From positions 75,187,659-75,251,658 of the forward strand of contig NC_068991.1 in NCBI RefSeq assembly GCF_001194135.2: a stretch of DNA of 64,000 nucleotides, given 5' to 3'. Within the stretch, counting starts at the first letter, position 1, and each line of letters opens with the position of its first letter. A program made the translations under genes and the position numbers. Origin of the DNA: Octopus bimaculoides. Lineage: Eukaryota. A model generated the notes under the pieces. The model had not been told where the DNA came from. It made no database searches and was given only the letters and a program-made list of their open reading frames with translations. Positions 40,125 through 52,334 of this stretch are shown in pieces.

Positions 40125-42684
40125 TATGTGTGTGTCTTTGGGGCTATCTTTGTCTCCACCCCCCATTGCTTGACAACCGATGTTGGTGTGTTTATGTCCC
40201 TGAAACTTAATGGTTTGGCAAAAGAGACTGATAGAATAAGTACTATGCTTACAAAGAATGCGTCCTCGGGTTGATTTCTTCAACTAAATGCAGTGCTACA
40301 GCAAGGCCACAGTGAAATGACTGAAACATGTAAAATGATTTAAATTAAAAGCTTCCATCAAAATTACATATCAATTTATGTTTCAAGCAACAGCTTAATC
40401 CTTCTACTGTGAGGGCACATGGCTCAGTGGTTAGAGCATTCAGCTCACGATCACAAGGTCATGAGTTCAATTCCTGGCAATGTGTTGTGTGATTGAGCAA
40501 GACACTTTATTTCACGTTGCTTCAGTCCACTCAGCTGGCAAAAATGAGTTGTACCTCTATATCAAAGGGCCAGCCTTGACCCACACTGTGTCCTGCTGAA
40601 TCTCCCTGAAAACTACGTTAAGGGTACACATGTCTGTGGAGTGCTCAGCCACTTGCAATGTTAATTTCACGAGCAAACTGTTCCGTTGATTGTATCAATC
40701 CTTTTACTGCAGAAATCTACTATATTCACTTGAAATTTAATTTCTCTTAACTCCAAAAACACGGTTTTATATATCAGTCTGTCTTCTGTTGCAGAATGTC
40801 ATGCTTGAAATTATATTCTGTTTAAACATGTCAAGTTTATTGTGGCAACGTGACTTGCAGAAAATACCAATTCTATTATTGAAAGTAACATCATTATTGA
40901 AATAACCACGGAATTTGATTTTGCTGTGAAAAGGTTTAATAATGACCAAGTCATTTTAATAGATACTTCATTAATTTAAAAATTAATCACAACAAAATTG
41001 GTGTATTTCAACTGAAATATGGTAATGAAAGGATCAATGCTACTGGCTCCGGTATTAATTCTACCCCAGAACTATTTTACCATTATGATATAACATATCA
41101 GTAAAATAGCTTGAGAAGAATTACTTCTGACCAATCAGTTTCATTAACTTCATATTTGCTTGTATTATTAATTTGGAAATATACAAAATAAATGGATGGA
41201 ATTTATAACAATTTCATAAATTTCATTGTTAAGTGCCATTCTCAGAATTTTACTCTTAAATCATTGACACTGAAAGAAAAACGTTGCCAGACAATTTAAC
41301 TATTAAATCTCTCAATTTGAATTTTTATTTAAAAATGAAATGAAAATTATAATGATCACAAGCTGTTTATGCTGTCTATTGATATTCAAAGTTTTAAAAT
41401 GACGTGTTTTTCTCACTACTTTTTCCCATGAGCTGTCATAATATCACTATATACGATTGTCTCTGTGTCTTTCTCTTTGGAAACACAGACTCCCATTTGA
41501 TGCAAAAATGTTTAATAATTGATATAATTGAAAATGCTTGAATTTAATTCAGAGTTTTTGAATTCTAATATTTTTTATATAAAAGAGATAATATATTCAT
41601 TTTGAGTAGTTATATTTGCATAATTTTAACTAACACATTGTAAAATTCCCATTATAAATGTTTTAAGTTGAAATAATCGAGTTAGTTCAGCCCCATTCTT
41701 TGTCATATCAACTGATTTAATCCTAAGAAGAGTAAATGGTTTTGCTGCCAATTAAATAAGCTGGATTTCAATGTATTAAGTGCCTTCTTCAGATTACAAC
41801 ATCAATAATACAAAGCATTTCAGTGAAGGGACTAATTCTCTATCTATTTAGTCTTTGCAGTTCTTCTTGATACATAATCACCTGAGTTTAAGATGTGTAT
41901 CTAATAATACAAAATGTGTTAGTTGCATAGCAATAAATTAATAGCCACAAGAATGTTCTATGTGCTGTTCACCTTTGTTATCGTAATTTCACCTTTTGTG
42001 ACACACAGCGCTTCAGAATTATTGTGAATTAATGCCCTTATCCTCTTCTGCTTCCAGTAATCTCTATATGGCATATTTCTTGCTCATTGGCTCAAAAGAT
42101 AAACTGAAATGGGAAAATAAAAAATAAAAGATGGTCTTGCAGTGTTCATTACAGGAATATACTGTATTTCATAGCATAAAAGCCTCACTCGCATATTCTA
42201 TGCAACCCGTCTTTAGTAGCACATATTTATATTCAGGGACAAAATTAGCTTATGGGAGGCCCACTTTCACATATAGGACCCAAGACTTTTTTCTTTAAAT
42301 ATTGTGCATCATATATTCGCTATCAAATACAATATGTATTAATTTATGACAGTGTATCGTTTGAGAGAATTGATCCATCAGTAATAATAACTTGGATTTA
42401 TCACAAAAGACACTTAGTTCATTAAATCATATATTATGCATTCTGTCTGTTTTTTTGTTTTTTTTTGGTTTGAGCTATTGGATTTTGCCCATGCTGGAGC
42501 AGTACCTTCAATCATATCATCCTCCAGTACTTATTTGCATGTAGTACATCATCATTCAGAAGACTCTAGTCAGCTCAGGGACAGGGCTACAGCAGGAGGC
42601 ACTTGCTAAAGGTGCTAAACAGTGGGACTGAACTCCAAAGCATGCATGTGGTTGCAAAGGAGATTTCTTAACCACATAGCTATA

Positions 42685-42864
42685 ACTGCATGTATACTCA
42701 AGAAGATATGCATCCTTAAGGAGACATGCACCCTTAAGGAGACTTTCACGCTCAATGAGACATGTACATTCAAGGGGACATCTATGTTCGAGGAGACATG
42801 CACCCTCAAGGGGACATGCATCCTTAGGGAGACATGAATACTTAAGGAGACATGCATGCTCACT
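42685..42864. repeat. 18-bp minisatellite, about 10 units, consensus GAGACATGCACCCTTAAG
   Basis: Units start at 42685, 42703, 42721, 42739 ... 42847. Confidence 0.9.
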
Positions 42865-43444
42865 CACTTTCATGCACACACATATATAAATATATACACA
42901 ATTGGGTTTCTGTTCAATTTCCATGACCAAAATTTATTCAGAAGACTCTGGTCAGCTCAGGGACAGGGCTANNNNNNNNNNNNNNNNNNNNNNNNNNNNN
43001 NNNNNNNNNNNNNNNNNNNNNNNNNNNNNNNNNNNNNNNNNNNNNNNNNNNNNNNNNNNNNNNNNNNNNNNNNNNNNNNNNNNNNNNNNNNNNNNNNNNN
43101 NNNNNNNNNNNNNNNNNNNNNNNNNNNNNNNNNNNNNNNNNNNNNNNNNNNNNNNNNNNNNNNNNNNNNNNNNNNNNNNNNNNNNNNNNNNNNNNNNNNN
43201 NNNNNNNNNNNNNNNNNNNNNNNNNNNNNNNNNNNNNNNNNNNNNNNNNNNNNNNNNNNNNNNNNNNNNNNNNNNNNNNNNNNNNNNNNNNNNNNNNNNN
43301 NNNNNNNNNNNNNNNNNNNNNNNNNNNNNNNNNNNNNNNNNNNNNNNNNNNNNNNNNNNNNNNNNNNNNNNNNNNNNNNNNNNNNNNNNNNNNNNNNNNN
43401 NNNNNNNNNNNNNNNNNNNNNNNNNNNNNNNNNNNNNNNNNNNN

Positions 43445-44044
43445 CTCTTGCTCAACTGCACTCCACACATAATAATCAAGGGGGTTGTAGTCTGGGGAGT
43501 TAGGTGACCAGATGTTAGGGGTGTTGTGGTCGCAGAAATTGTCTGACAGCCATGACTGGGTTCTCCTGCTTGTGCGGCAGGGTGCAGAGTCCTGTTATTA
43601 GACATAGGGTCTTCCAGCAGCCACCCTCTTTACCCAGGGCAGCACTACCTCCTCCAGGCACTTGATGTAGGCCTCCATGTTGAGTCTTGAGGCCGTTTGA
43701 GAATGTGAATGGAGGCATAACGTCACCAAAACTAGTGATCACTCCAGACACCAGGATGTTGACTGGATGTTTGATTTTTATCACTCTCGGTGCATGCACT
43801 GTCCTCAGATTGATATCCAAACACTCTGAAATGTCCGTATTAGAGCTTCGGATGTGAATGCCAAGCAGTATACCATGTCGTTTCCAAATTTCTGGCAGAG
43901 TGAATTGTGTCATGGTGCCGTTTTTCTCACAAGCAGTGCCCAACTGACCCTACTATACTTTGTAGTTGACAAAATCAAAAACAAACAATGCACATGAGCA
44001 AAATTATAAATATAAAGTGGTGACAATTTACCCATCACACCCTG
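43445..44044 (-). mobile_element. Fossil Tc1/mariner maT-type (DD37D) transposon, internally deleted
   Basis: KHPVNILVSGVITSFGDVMPP...AYIKCLEEVVLPW...QDSAP...WSPNSPDYNPLDYYVW, with 37 residues between the 2nd and 3rd Asp. TIR CAGGGTGTGATGGGTAAATTGTCACC ends at 44044; the other end is in the gap. Confidence 0.85.
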
Positions 44045-44972
44045 AAATTTCCTGAGTATGTGTCTGGGCCTTCATCTCAGATGTTCTTCAAAATACCAGT
44101 AAAAAAAAAATGTGCAAACTGACATTCACTCACACGCATATATTCAAGACAGCATGTCATCATCATAACTTTATATATCATTTATAATAATTAGAATTTA
44201 TGGAGAAAATTTATCACCACAGAAAATAAATTACATTTGCCAGTTATATTTATGTCCTCCTTTTATTTTTTAATGCACCATATCAGCATTATAACTTTAT
44301 ATTTGCTCAAATTGTCTTTTCTTGTCTTTATACAATATTCGATGCAGCCTGGTATCTTTCAGAAGTTTCTAATCATTTCTTGGGAGACCATGTCAGAATC
44401 TTTTCCCTGTCTAGTTATCAGATGCTGCAGTAACAAAATCGCTGCAGGATATTCTTCGCTAAAGAGTGTTTGTAACACCTGAGTAATGATAAAGTAATTT
44501 CGTCTTTGCAGAATTTCAGATGTAAGCTGTTATTTTAAAGGGAAATTAACTCAATGCAGTATCAGGAGTGCCAGTTCAAAAATACAGAAAACAAAAGCAC
44601 TTTGTTGTAGACTTTTTCAAAAAACTAACTTTTTCTGTAAATCCGAAATTTAGATTCTTTTTAGTTTTCTCTTCAAAAATCCAATACATTTTATTCTTAT
44701 TTTTTATGAAGAGTTGGCAGAATTGTTAGTGTTTGAGATAAAAGATTTTGTGGTGTTTGTTCTGGCTTTTAACATTTAGAGTTCAAATCCCGCTCAAGTC
44801 AACTTTGCTTTTCATCCTTTTAAGGTTAATAAAATAAGGTACAATTCATGTGATAGCATAAATGGTATTGACCATAAATGGTATTGCCCATCACCTCCTC
44901 TCATGCCTAAATTGCAAATAATTATTTTCTAATGACAAGTGGAATGTTCAAATTAAAATACTGTTTTCTGTA

Positions 44973-45192
44973 TATTGTTTACATTAGTCAAACTGGTGTC
45001 CTCATCTTGTTTGATGCTTTCACAAAGGATTAGGTCTGAAATTCCAATACAACCACCAACTTCAACACAAGACACCTGAAGATTGCGGGAACATACAACA
45101 GCCAAAATGTAGTGAAAACAACAATCAAAATGAGAACAACATTTCTCAGCATACAAATCAACCAAAGTATATGATGTGAACATGTAAACATC
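44973..45192 (+). mobile_element. Old diverged relative of the HHR element family H
   Basis: GACAC CTGAAGA...CAGCC AAAAT GTA GTG at 45071-45114, flanked by inverted copies of the family 3' end (GTCCTCATCTTGTTTG-like). Confidence 0.55.
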
Positions 45193-46639
45193 CGAATATG
45201 ATCATTATCTTTCCAAATTCTGCTGCATTTCACATGGAATCTTCGGTCCTCCAAAGTCGTTTTGGTGTATAGGTTAACCTACTTTTTTTTTAGCTGTAAA
45301 TTTTTATTGACTTGTATGCCAAAAAATACGGTATGCAGGACCTTTTTAGCTCATTTGTGAGGTTTTATCCCTTTTGTTACGATATTTCTGTTGAAACCTT
45401 TCTTTCAATTAATTTGGGAAATGATAAAGAACTTAGAAAAATAACATTGTTTTTGTGAATGCAGTGTTTGGAATATAAATTAATACGAAATTTTGATGTA
45501 AGGCTTCAGTTTAGATCACTTTAAGACAGGAATTTTCTATCATGGTCTGTGGCAGGTTGATATCAAAACAAGGGATTTCTGCAACTTTGTGTTCATAAGC
45601 ACCATGGTTCTCATTGGCCCTTTTCTGTGTGTTCACCATTTGCTTATTGTTTAATATATTTCTTTTCTTTTTTCTTGTATTTTTTTTTCTAATGTGTTTA
45701 CATGTTTCAACTTTGGCTACACACTTTCTGTTTTCCCTCTGTGATCCGAGAAAAACTTTTATAACATTATTTAAAAATATAAGCATTAAGTTAAGTTTTT
45801 TTATGCAGTAGTTTAGTGAAGTCAGCCTTCAGGTGAATTTTGAAACAGAAGCAATACCGACATTGTAAAATGTTAACAAGTAAATAAATAACATTTATCA
45901 AACAATTCTTTGAACTGAATAAATAAACAACGTTTAGCAGGTTAATACTATAAAAAGCTTTCAGTTTCATTTGTAAAAATATTTCATTTATTTACCAAAG
46001 CATTCACTTTTGTTTGCTAGAAGCATTAAATGTAAAGATATTTTTTTGAAATACTTATGTTTAATGAGTATTTGCATGTTTTTTAGTTTGTTTTTCTTTT
46101 TGTTATGATTTGTTTTTTTGTTATTTTCTGCAGTATTTTTTAATTTTTAATCCCAAAATTTGTACAAGACAAAGAATATACAGTTTTGACAAGGAGTGGG
46201 AAGAAACCTTGTTCTGTCTGTTTTGAAGATTTTATTTTATTTTCCCCCCACATTTTATAATGACATTTTGCAGGAGCAGAAAAGAAAACAAAAATGCAAT
46301 GTTTTAATATCGTTTCCAGTTTAATCCCACATCTTTTAAGAACAGTTTCTCACTTACATCTAAAATAAGAAACACAAAATCAAGCCTGTCTACAAAACAG
46401 TCAGTCTTAGTTGAAAATGTAAAATCTTAAAGTAGATGCAATATGATAAGGATGTTTGTGTAATAACCAAGAGGTCTGGGTTTCCAATTCCCTGCATCAC
46501 ATCTTGAGAAAATATTTCTATAGCCTCTGGTCAACCCATATTTTGTGGGTAAAATAGAATAGATGGAAACTGTATGGTGACCCATGAGGTGGACTGTACC
46601 TGTAATTCACAGATACAACTTTTGTCACCCACTGCATCA

Positions 46640-47270
46640 TACGTATTCTACCTGAGAATGACACTGCAAATAGACATGTTTATGGAATACTCAGCCATCT
46701 GGTCATCTGTTCCTCTAGCTTGTGACAACAGGCCACTATGCTCTTCCATTTTACCCTGTCTTTGGCAAAGCCTGGCGCTTGAAACCAGTTTGTGTCCCAG
46801 CTGCACAGGTAATCTTTTATGTTGGAACCCCAGGTTTTCTTTGACCTAATCTTTGGTCTCTTCTCACCAGCTGGTAACCATATCATTGCAATTCTTGCAG
46901 GGATATTGTCCTCCATTTATAGAATATGCCCTATCAGCTATATTCTTCTGCCCTTGATGACAAGACTCAGGTATATGGCATTGGCTCTTCAAAGCACCTT
47001 TTTGTTTGTGATCTTGTCTTGCCATCTGATACCCAAGATTTTTCAGAGGCATCTTTGTTGCCAAGTCTTAGTCTGTTTTTCGATTCTGGCTGTACTCTTC
47101 CATCTGTCAACAACATCGGTTGTTGTTGAGATGACTGATAACCGGAATAACCTTAATTTCGTTTCCGATGTGTGCCTCTTTGATTACCATATTGTTTGGA
47201 GTTTATTGAATACTTCAGCACTGTCAATGCTCAGCCACTCACACATTAATTCAGCAGTGGATCATTCAGG
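46640..47270 (-). mobile_element. Fossil RTE/BovB-like LINE ORF2 C-terminal fragment
   Basis: KILGIRWQDKITNKKVL*RANA...LIGHILLMEDNIPARIAMIWLPAGEKRPKIRSKKTW, with stops. Confidence 0.8.
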
Positions 47271-47479
47271 TGATTAACAAATGTGTCATTATCACTGAAT
47301 GACAGAGAACCACCACCACCACCACCACCACCACTGCCACCACCACCGCCACCACCGCCATGACGCCACCACCCAAATCTTAAAAAGTCCTTCTGTCTCT
47401 TGTGCAAAAGACAAAAAAAAAAGGATGGGAGTTATAAAAGGAGGAAAAGAAGTATTTCTGTTTAGCAATGCTAGCTTAT

Positions 47480-48840
47480 GTACTGCAGCAGTTTTCACAA
47501 ATGTGAAAATCCATACAAGATTCTGACATTGGTTGGCACCATTGCAAGAAGAAAACATGCAATTTCAACTAACATATAAATTTCCTGATGAATGACTTAT
47601 CAATCTGTGCCTGATTCATGCTGCGGTTTGATAAGTCAACAAATCTACCTGATACAACACTGCTGATAGTTATAGTGAGAATGGTATTTAGTAAATCCAC
47701 CACAAAAGAAGAACAATAGAAAATAGTGCCTATCAAAGGCTGAACAACGGGTGTGGTTATTTCAATCACATATTGAGACTGTATGTTGTCAATAGATATG
47801 CTTGGGCATAAGCTATCTGCAATCACTATTGATAAGGCATCAGCAATGGTTGCTAATGTCAAAGAATTTATTGCTCTCTGCAAAAATGAAAAAAGGAATC
47901 CTTTTTTTTTTTTAACTTTCTGTTGTCCTATTGTGCTTTCCATCAAAAAAGCTTTGTGTCGTAAATGTATTTTATCACATGATGGTTGGACATGTCATGA
48001 ATATTCTTATAAAAATAATCAACTCTGCCAGAACAGCACCTTTCCTTGCAACTCTGACTTTTCAAAGCATCACTAGAAGATATTGAAAACAAACAGGACG
48101 ATCTCATCACATGTATATGGAATTATGATGACTTGGTAAAAATAAAGTACACACAGGATTTTTTTTTTGTTTTTGTTTTTAGCTTAAATGAAGATGTTAC
48201 GAAAAATTTCTCGTATCCTAAAATCAATTTTGGGATCGATTAATTAATTGCTGGTTGGTGGATTAGGGTTTTCTCACAGACACCAAGCACAAATTGAATT
48301 CTTTAAACTAGGAACAGGAAGATATACATGTAACTGTTATGATAAATTCTTTAAAATTACTGAAACCAAAATTGGTGTCATAGATTTCTCATTTGAAAAT
48401 AAAGCCTCTTGTACATTTTCCAAATATAAAGAAAATTAGAGATAAGAGTGACTTCAACACAATGTCATTCATTATCCGCCTTCAGGTTCTTCCGGAACAG
48501 TTTGAAAAGAGATTTGAAACATTTATTATCATGAAACAAATGATAATCTTTATTAAAAAAGAAATCTTTTTATATATTTCATATGCATAATAAATCTAGT
48601 TGTATCCATTAGACAACTTATTCAGGTAATGGAAGATCTTAAACCAAAGATTTTTGGCCTTCTGACTGAATGCCATTGTACTAAAATGTATTGTTGCACA
48701 TAAAAACTTTTGGAATTTGGTTGTTTGATAAAGATATCAGTTCTTCAAAGCACAGAGTGCGAGAGTTATAGTGTTTTTGGATCCATTTATGTACTCAAAT
48801 CACTGGTAGTGACTTTATAAATCACAAATTCAAAATAAAA
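47480..48840 (+). mobile_element. Fossil hAT transposase (Charlie/SPIN/GTF2IRD2-like)
   Basis: TIARRKHAIS...LRFDKSTNLPDTTLLIVIVR...IKG*TTG...KLSAITIDKASAMV...GFLTDTKHKLNSLN...HFPNIK...QFEKRFETF, with many stops and frameshifts. Confidence 0.85.
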
Positions 48841-50525
48841 AAATTCTGTTTCCCCAATGGCAATAAGCATCATAATGATTGTTTATATACAGCAATAACA
48901 TCACTGATTTCTAATTTGGAAGTATCAGTTAATGAAATTCTTCATTAACAATTAACACTGATTTTGAAATTATTAGAGTCTTCTTGTTTTTTTTTCTTTT
49001 AACCCCCCCCCCCCCAAGAATAAAATGATTAGTTGAAAACATTGCTGCTCGTTTCTCAAATATAAAGGATGTAAACTTCTGTTTGCTTCTTTGATTTCAT
49101 TTTAATCAGCTTTTCTTTGAAGATGGACTCTGTCCAGATGTTGGATTTTCCACTCCCCATGGCAACTTCAACTGCACTCTTTCTCCACCAATCATCTTGG
49201 ATTCTGTTTTCTCAATTCGTTTTGTGTTATTTTCATATCCGAATATTGTTTAATGTTTATAACTTCTACAAATTAAAAATGAAATATTTCTTGCTTTACC
49301 CATCAACCTGATTGGCTCCTGTACCGGTGGCACGTAAAAAGCACCATCTGAACGTGTCTGATGCCAGTACCCTCTGACTGGCTCCTGTGCCAGTGGCATG
49401 TGAAAAGCAATATCCAAATGTGATGATACCAAGCCCACCTGACTGGCTTCTGTGCTGGTGGCACGTAAAAAGCACCCACTACACTCTCAGAGTGGTTGGC
49501 ATTAGGAAGAGCATCCAGCTGTAGAAACATTGCCAGATCAGACAGGAGGTTGGTGCAGCCACTGGCTCTCCAGACCTCAGTCAAACTGTCCAACCCATGC
49601 CAGCATGGAAAACGGACGTTAAACCATGATGATGGTGATGATGATGATGATTCCCATTTTGTGTCATTTTTCAAAATAACTTCACATGGTAACACCTTTC
49701 TATGAAACACTCATCAAGATCATAACCAGTTTTTGTCTTTACCTTATACATTCAAACGTTTGAATATTTTCCATTTTTTTTCTTCATTTGAATTTGTATG
49801 CCCCCTCCTTTGCCTTCTTTGTAATCCCTTATTGTACATTGGACCTAAGCATTGTTAGGGATGCAGGAGTGGCTGTGTGGTAAGTAGCTTGCTTACCAAC
49901 CACATAGTTACGGGTTCAGTCCCACTGCATGGCACCTTGGGCAAGTGTCTTCTACTATCGCCTCAAGCCGACCAAAGCTTTCTGAGTGGATTTGGTAGAC
50001 GGAAACTGAAGGAAGCCCATCGTATATATGTATATATATATATACATTTGTATGTCTGCATTTGTCCCCGCCAACATCGCTTGACAACCAATACTGGTGT
50101 GTTTAGATCCCTGTAACTTAGCGGTTCAGCAAAAGAGACCGATAGAATAAGTACTAGGCTTACAAAGAATAAGTCCTGGGGTCAATTTGTTTTGACTAAA
50201 GGTGGTGCTGTGGCATGGCCACAGTCAAATGACTGAAACAAATGAAAGAATAAAAGAGCATTAACATTCACTTTTCCATATTTGTAAGGACCAGACAGAA
50301 TTTGTTGAGGCTGATTTTCCATGGCTTAATGCCCTTCCTGTCACCAGCACTTACCTGTTTTCAAGCAAGGTAGTATTTCCTGATGACCAGACATGTTTTC
50401 TCGGAAAGACTAGAAACAAACAACATCACTTGTATGACAGAGATGCTCGTTTACAGTCAAGAGCACATATATACACACATGCACATGCATACTTATAAAT
50501 ACTTATATACACACACACACACCAG

Positions 50526-51630
50526 GGTGGGTGCGCTGAAAGTGTAGCTGCTAGAATAAGAATAGCCTGGGCAAAGTTTAGAGAGCTCTTACCCCTGCTG
50601 GCGACAAAGGGACTCTCACTCAGAGTAAAAGGCAGACTGTATGACGCATGCGTACGAACAACCATGCTACATGGCAGTGAAACATGGGCTGTAACTGCTG
50701 AGGACATACGTAAGCTCGCAAGGAATGAAGCCAGTATGCTCCGTTGGATGTGTAATGTCAATGTGAATACCCGTCAGAGTGTAAGTATCTTGAGAGAAAA
50801 GCTGAACATTAGAAGCATCAGTTGNNNNNNNNNNNNNNNNNNNNNNNNNNNNNNNNNNNNNNNNNNNNNNNNNNNNNNNNNNNNNNNNNNNNNNNNNNNN
50901 NNNNNNNNNNNNNNNNNNNNNNNNNNNNNNNNNNNNNNNNNNNNNNNNNNNNNNNNNNNNNNNNNNNNNNNNNNNNNNNNNNNNNNNNNNNNNNNNNNNN
51001 NNNNNNNNNNNNNNNNNNNNNNNNNNNNNNNNNNNNNNNNNNNNNNNNNNNNNNNNNNNNNNNNNNNNNNNNNNNNNNNNNNNNNNNNNNNNNNNNNNNN
51101 NNNNNNNNNNNNNNNNNNNNNNNNNNNNNNNNNNNNNNNNNNNNNNNNNNNNNNNNNNNNNNNNNNNNNNNNNNNNNNNNNNNNNNNNNNNNNNNNNNNN
51201 NNNNNNNNNNNNNNNNNNNNNNNNNNNNNNNNNNNNNNNNNNNNNNNNNNNNNNNNNNNNNNNNNNNNNNNNNNNNNNNNNNNNNNNNNNNNNNNNNNNN
51301 NNNNNNNNNNNNNNNNNNNNNNNNNNNNNNNNNNNNNNNNNNNNNNNNNNNNNNNNNNNNNNNNNNNNNNNNNNNNNNNNNNNNNNNNNNNNNNNNNNNN
51401 NNNNNNNNNNNNNNNNNNNNNNNNNNNNNNNNNNNNNNNNNNNNNNNNNNNNNNNTAAAAGCACCCACTACACTCTCTGAGTGGTTGGCGTTAGGAAGGG
51501 CATCCAGCTGTAGAAACTCTGCCAAATCAGACTGGAGCCTGGTGTTGCCATCCGGTTTCACCAGTCCTCAGTCAAATCGTCCAACCCATGCTAGCATGGA
51601 AAGCGGACGTTAAACGATGATGATGATCAT
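50526..51630 (+). mobile_element. 5'-truncated RTE LINE spanning a gap
   Basis: GGCAESVAARIRIAWAKFRELLPLL...MLHGSETWAVTAED...MLRWMC before the gap; the family 3' end with (GAT)n after it. Confidence 0.85.
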
Positions 51631-51634
51631 GATG

Positions 51635-51704
<70 letters not shown>

Positions 51705-52261
51705 TTTATCAGTCCATCACAATCATCATCATCATCATCATCATCATATATGATAGACTCCTTTCCGTTTCCATTTACGAAATCCACTCACAAGGTGTCG
51801 GTGCCCAGGGTACCACACAGAAGGACCAAACCCAAGACTACATGGTTGGGATGCGGACTTTTTAACTACACCCCTACACTGGTACCTTGGAAAGAGAATG
51901 AAAATAATTGCATTAAAGGTGTTATTCTTCAGTGGCATATTACCTGTATGCAAATCTGTTCTATTACTGGCAAATATATATATATATATACCTTCGTTAT
52001 CATCGTGACGAGTTTTGCCTATGAAAACTGCTGGGATATCTTTCCATTGTTGCTGAATGCAAATGTTATGCTTTTCTTTATTTTTGGCTATGGGGTGGTG
52101 GTGGGGGTGGTTAGCGTTTTTGTTGTTGTTGTTGCAATGAATGTATTCACTTGTCAAACATAGGGAGGTGTGTGGTGGGGGTAAAATAGAGTCTTTGTTG
52201 AGCATAATGTAATATTCTGTTTGCTTTTGTTGGCAGCTGTTGGAAACACAACAGACCAAAC

Positions 52262-52334
<73 letters not shown>

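Noticed and set aside
41761-41797. Minus-strand CTGAAGAAGGC...GAAA
   Set aside because: Helix II does not close and there is no helix I partner.
42685-42864. CRISPR-like array (also the ~65-nt RTE units)
   Set aside because: Tandem units without unique spacers, no cas genes, and a eukaryotic intron context.
50380-50420. CTGATGA...GAAA hammerhead-like spacing
   Set aside because: Wrong 10.1-11.1 pair and no NUH site; the CTGATGA looks like a chance variant within another repeat.
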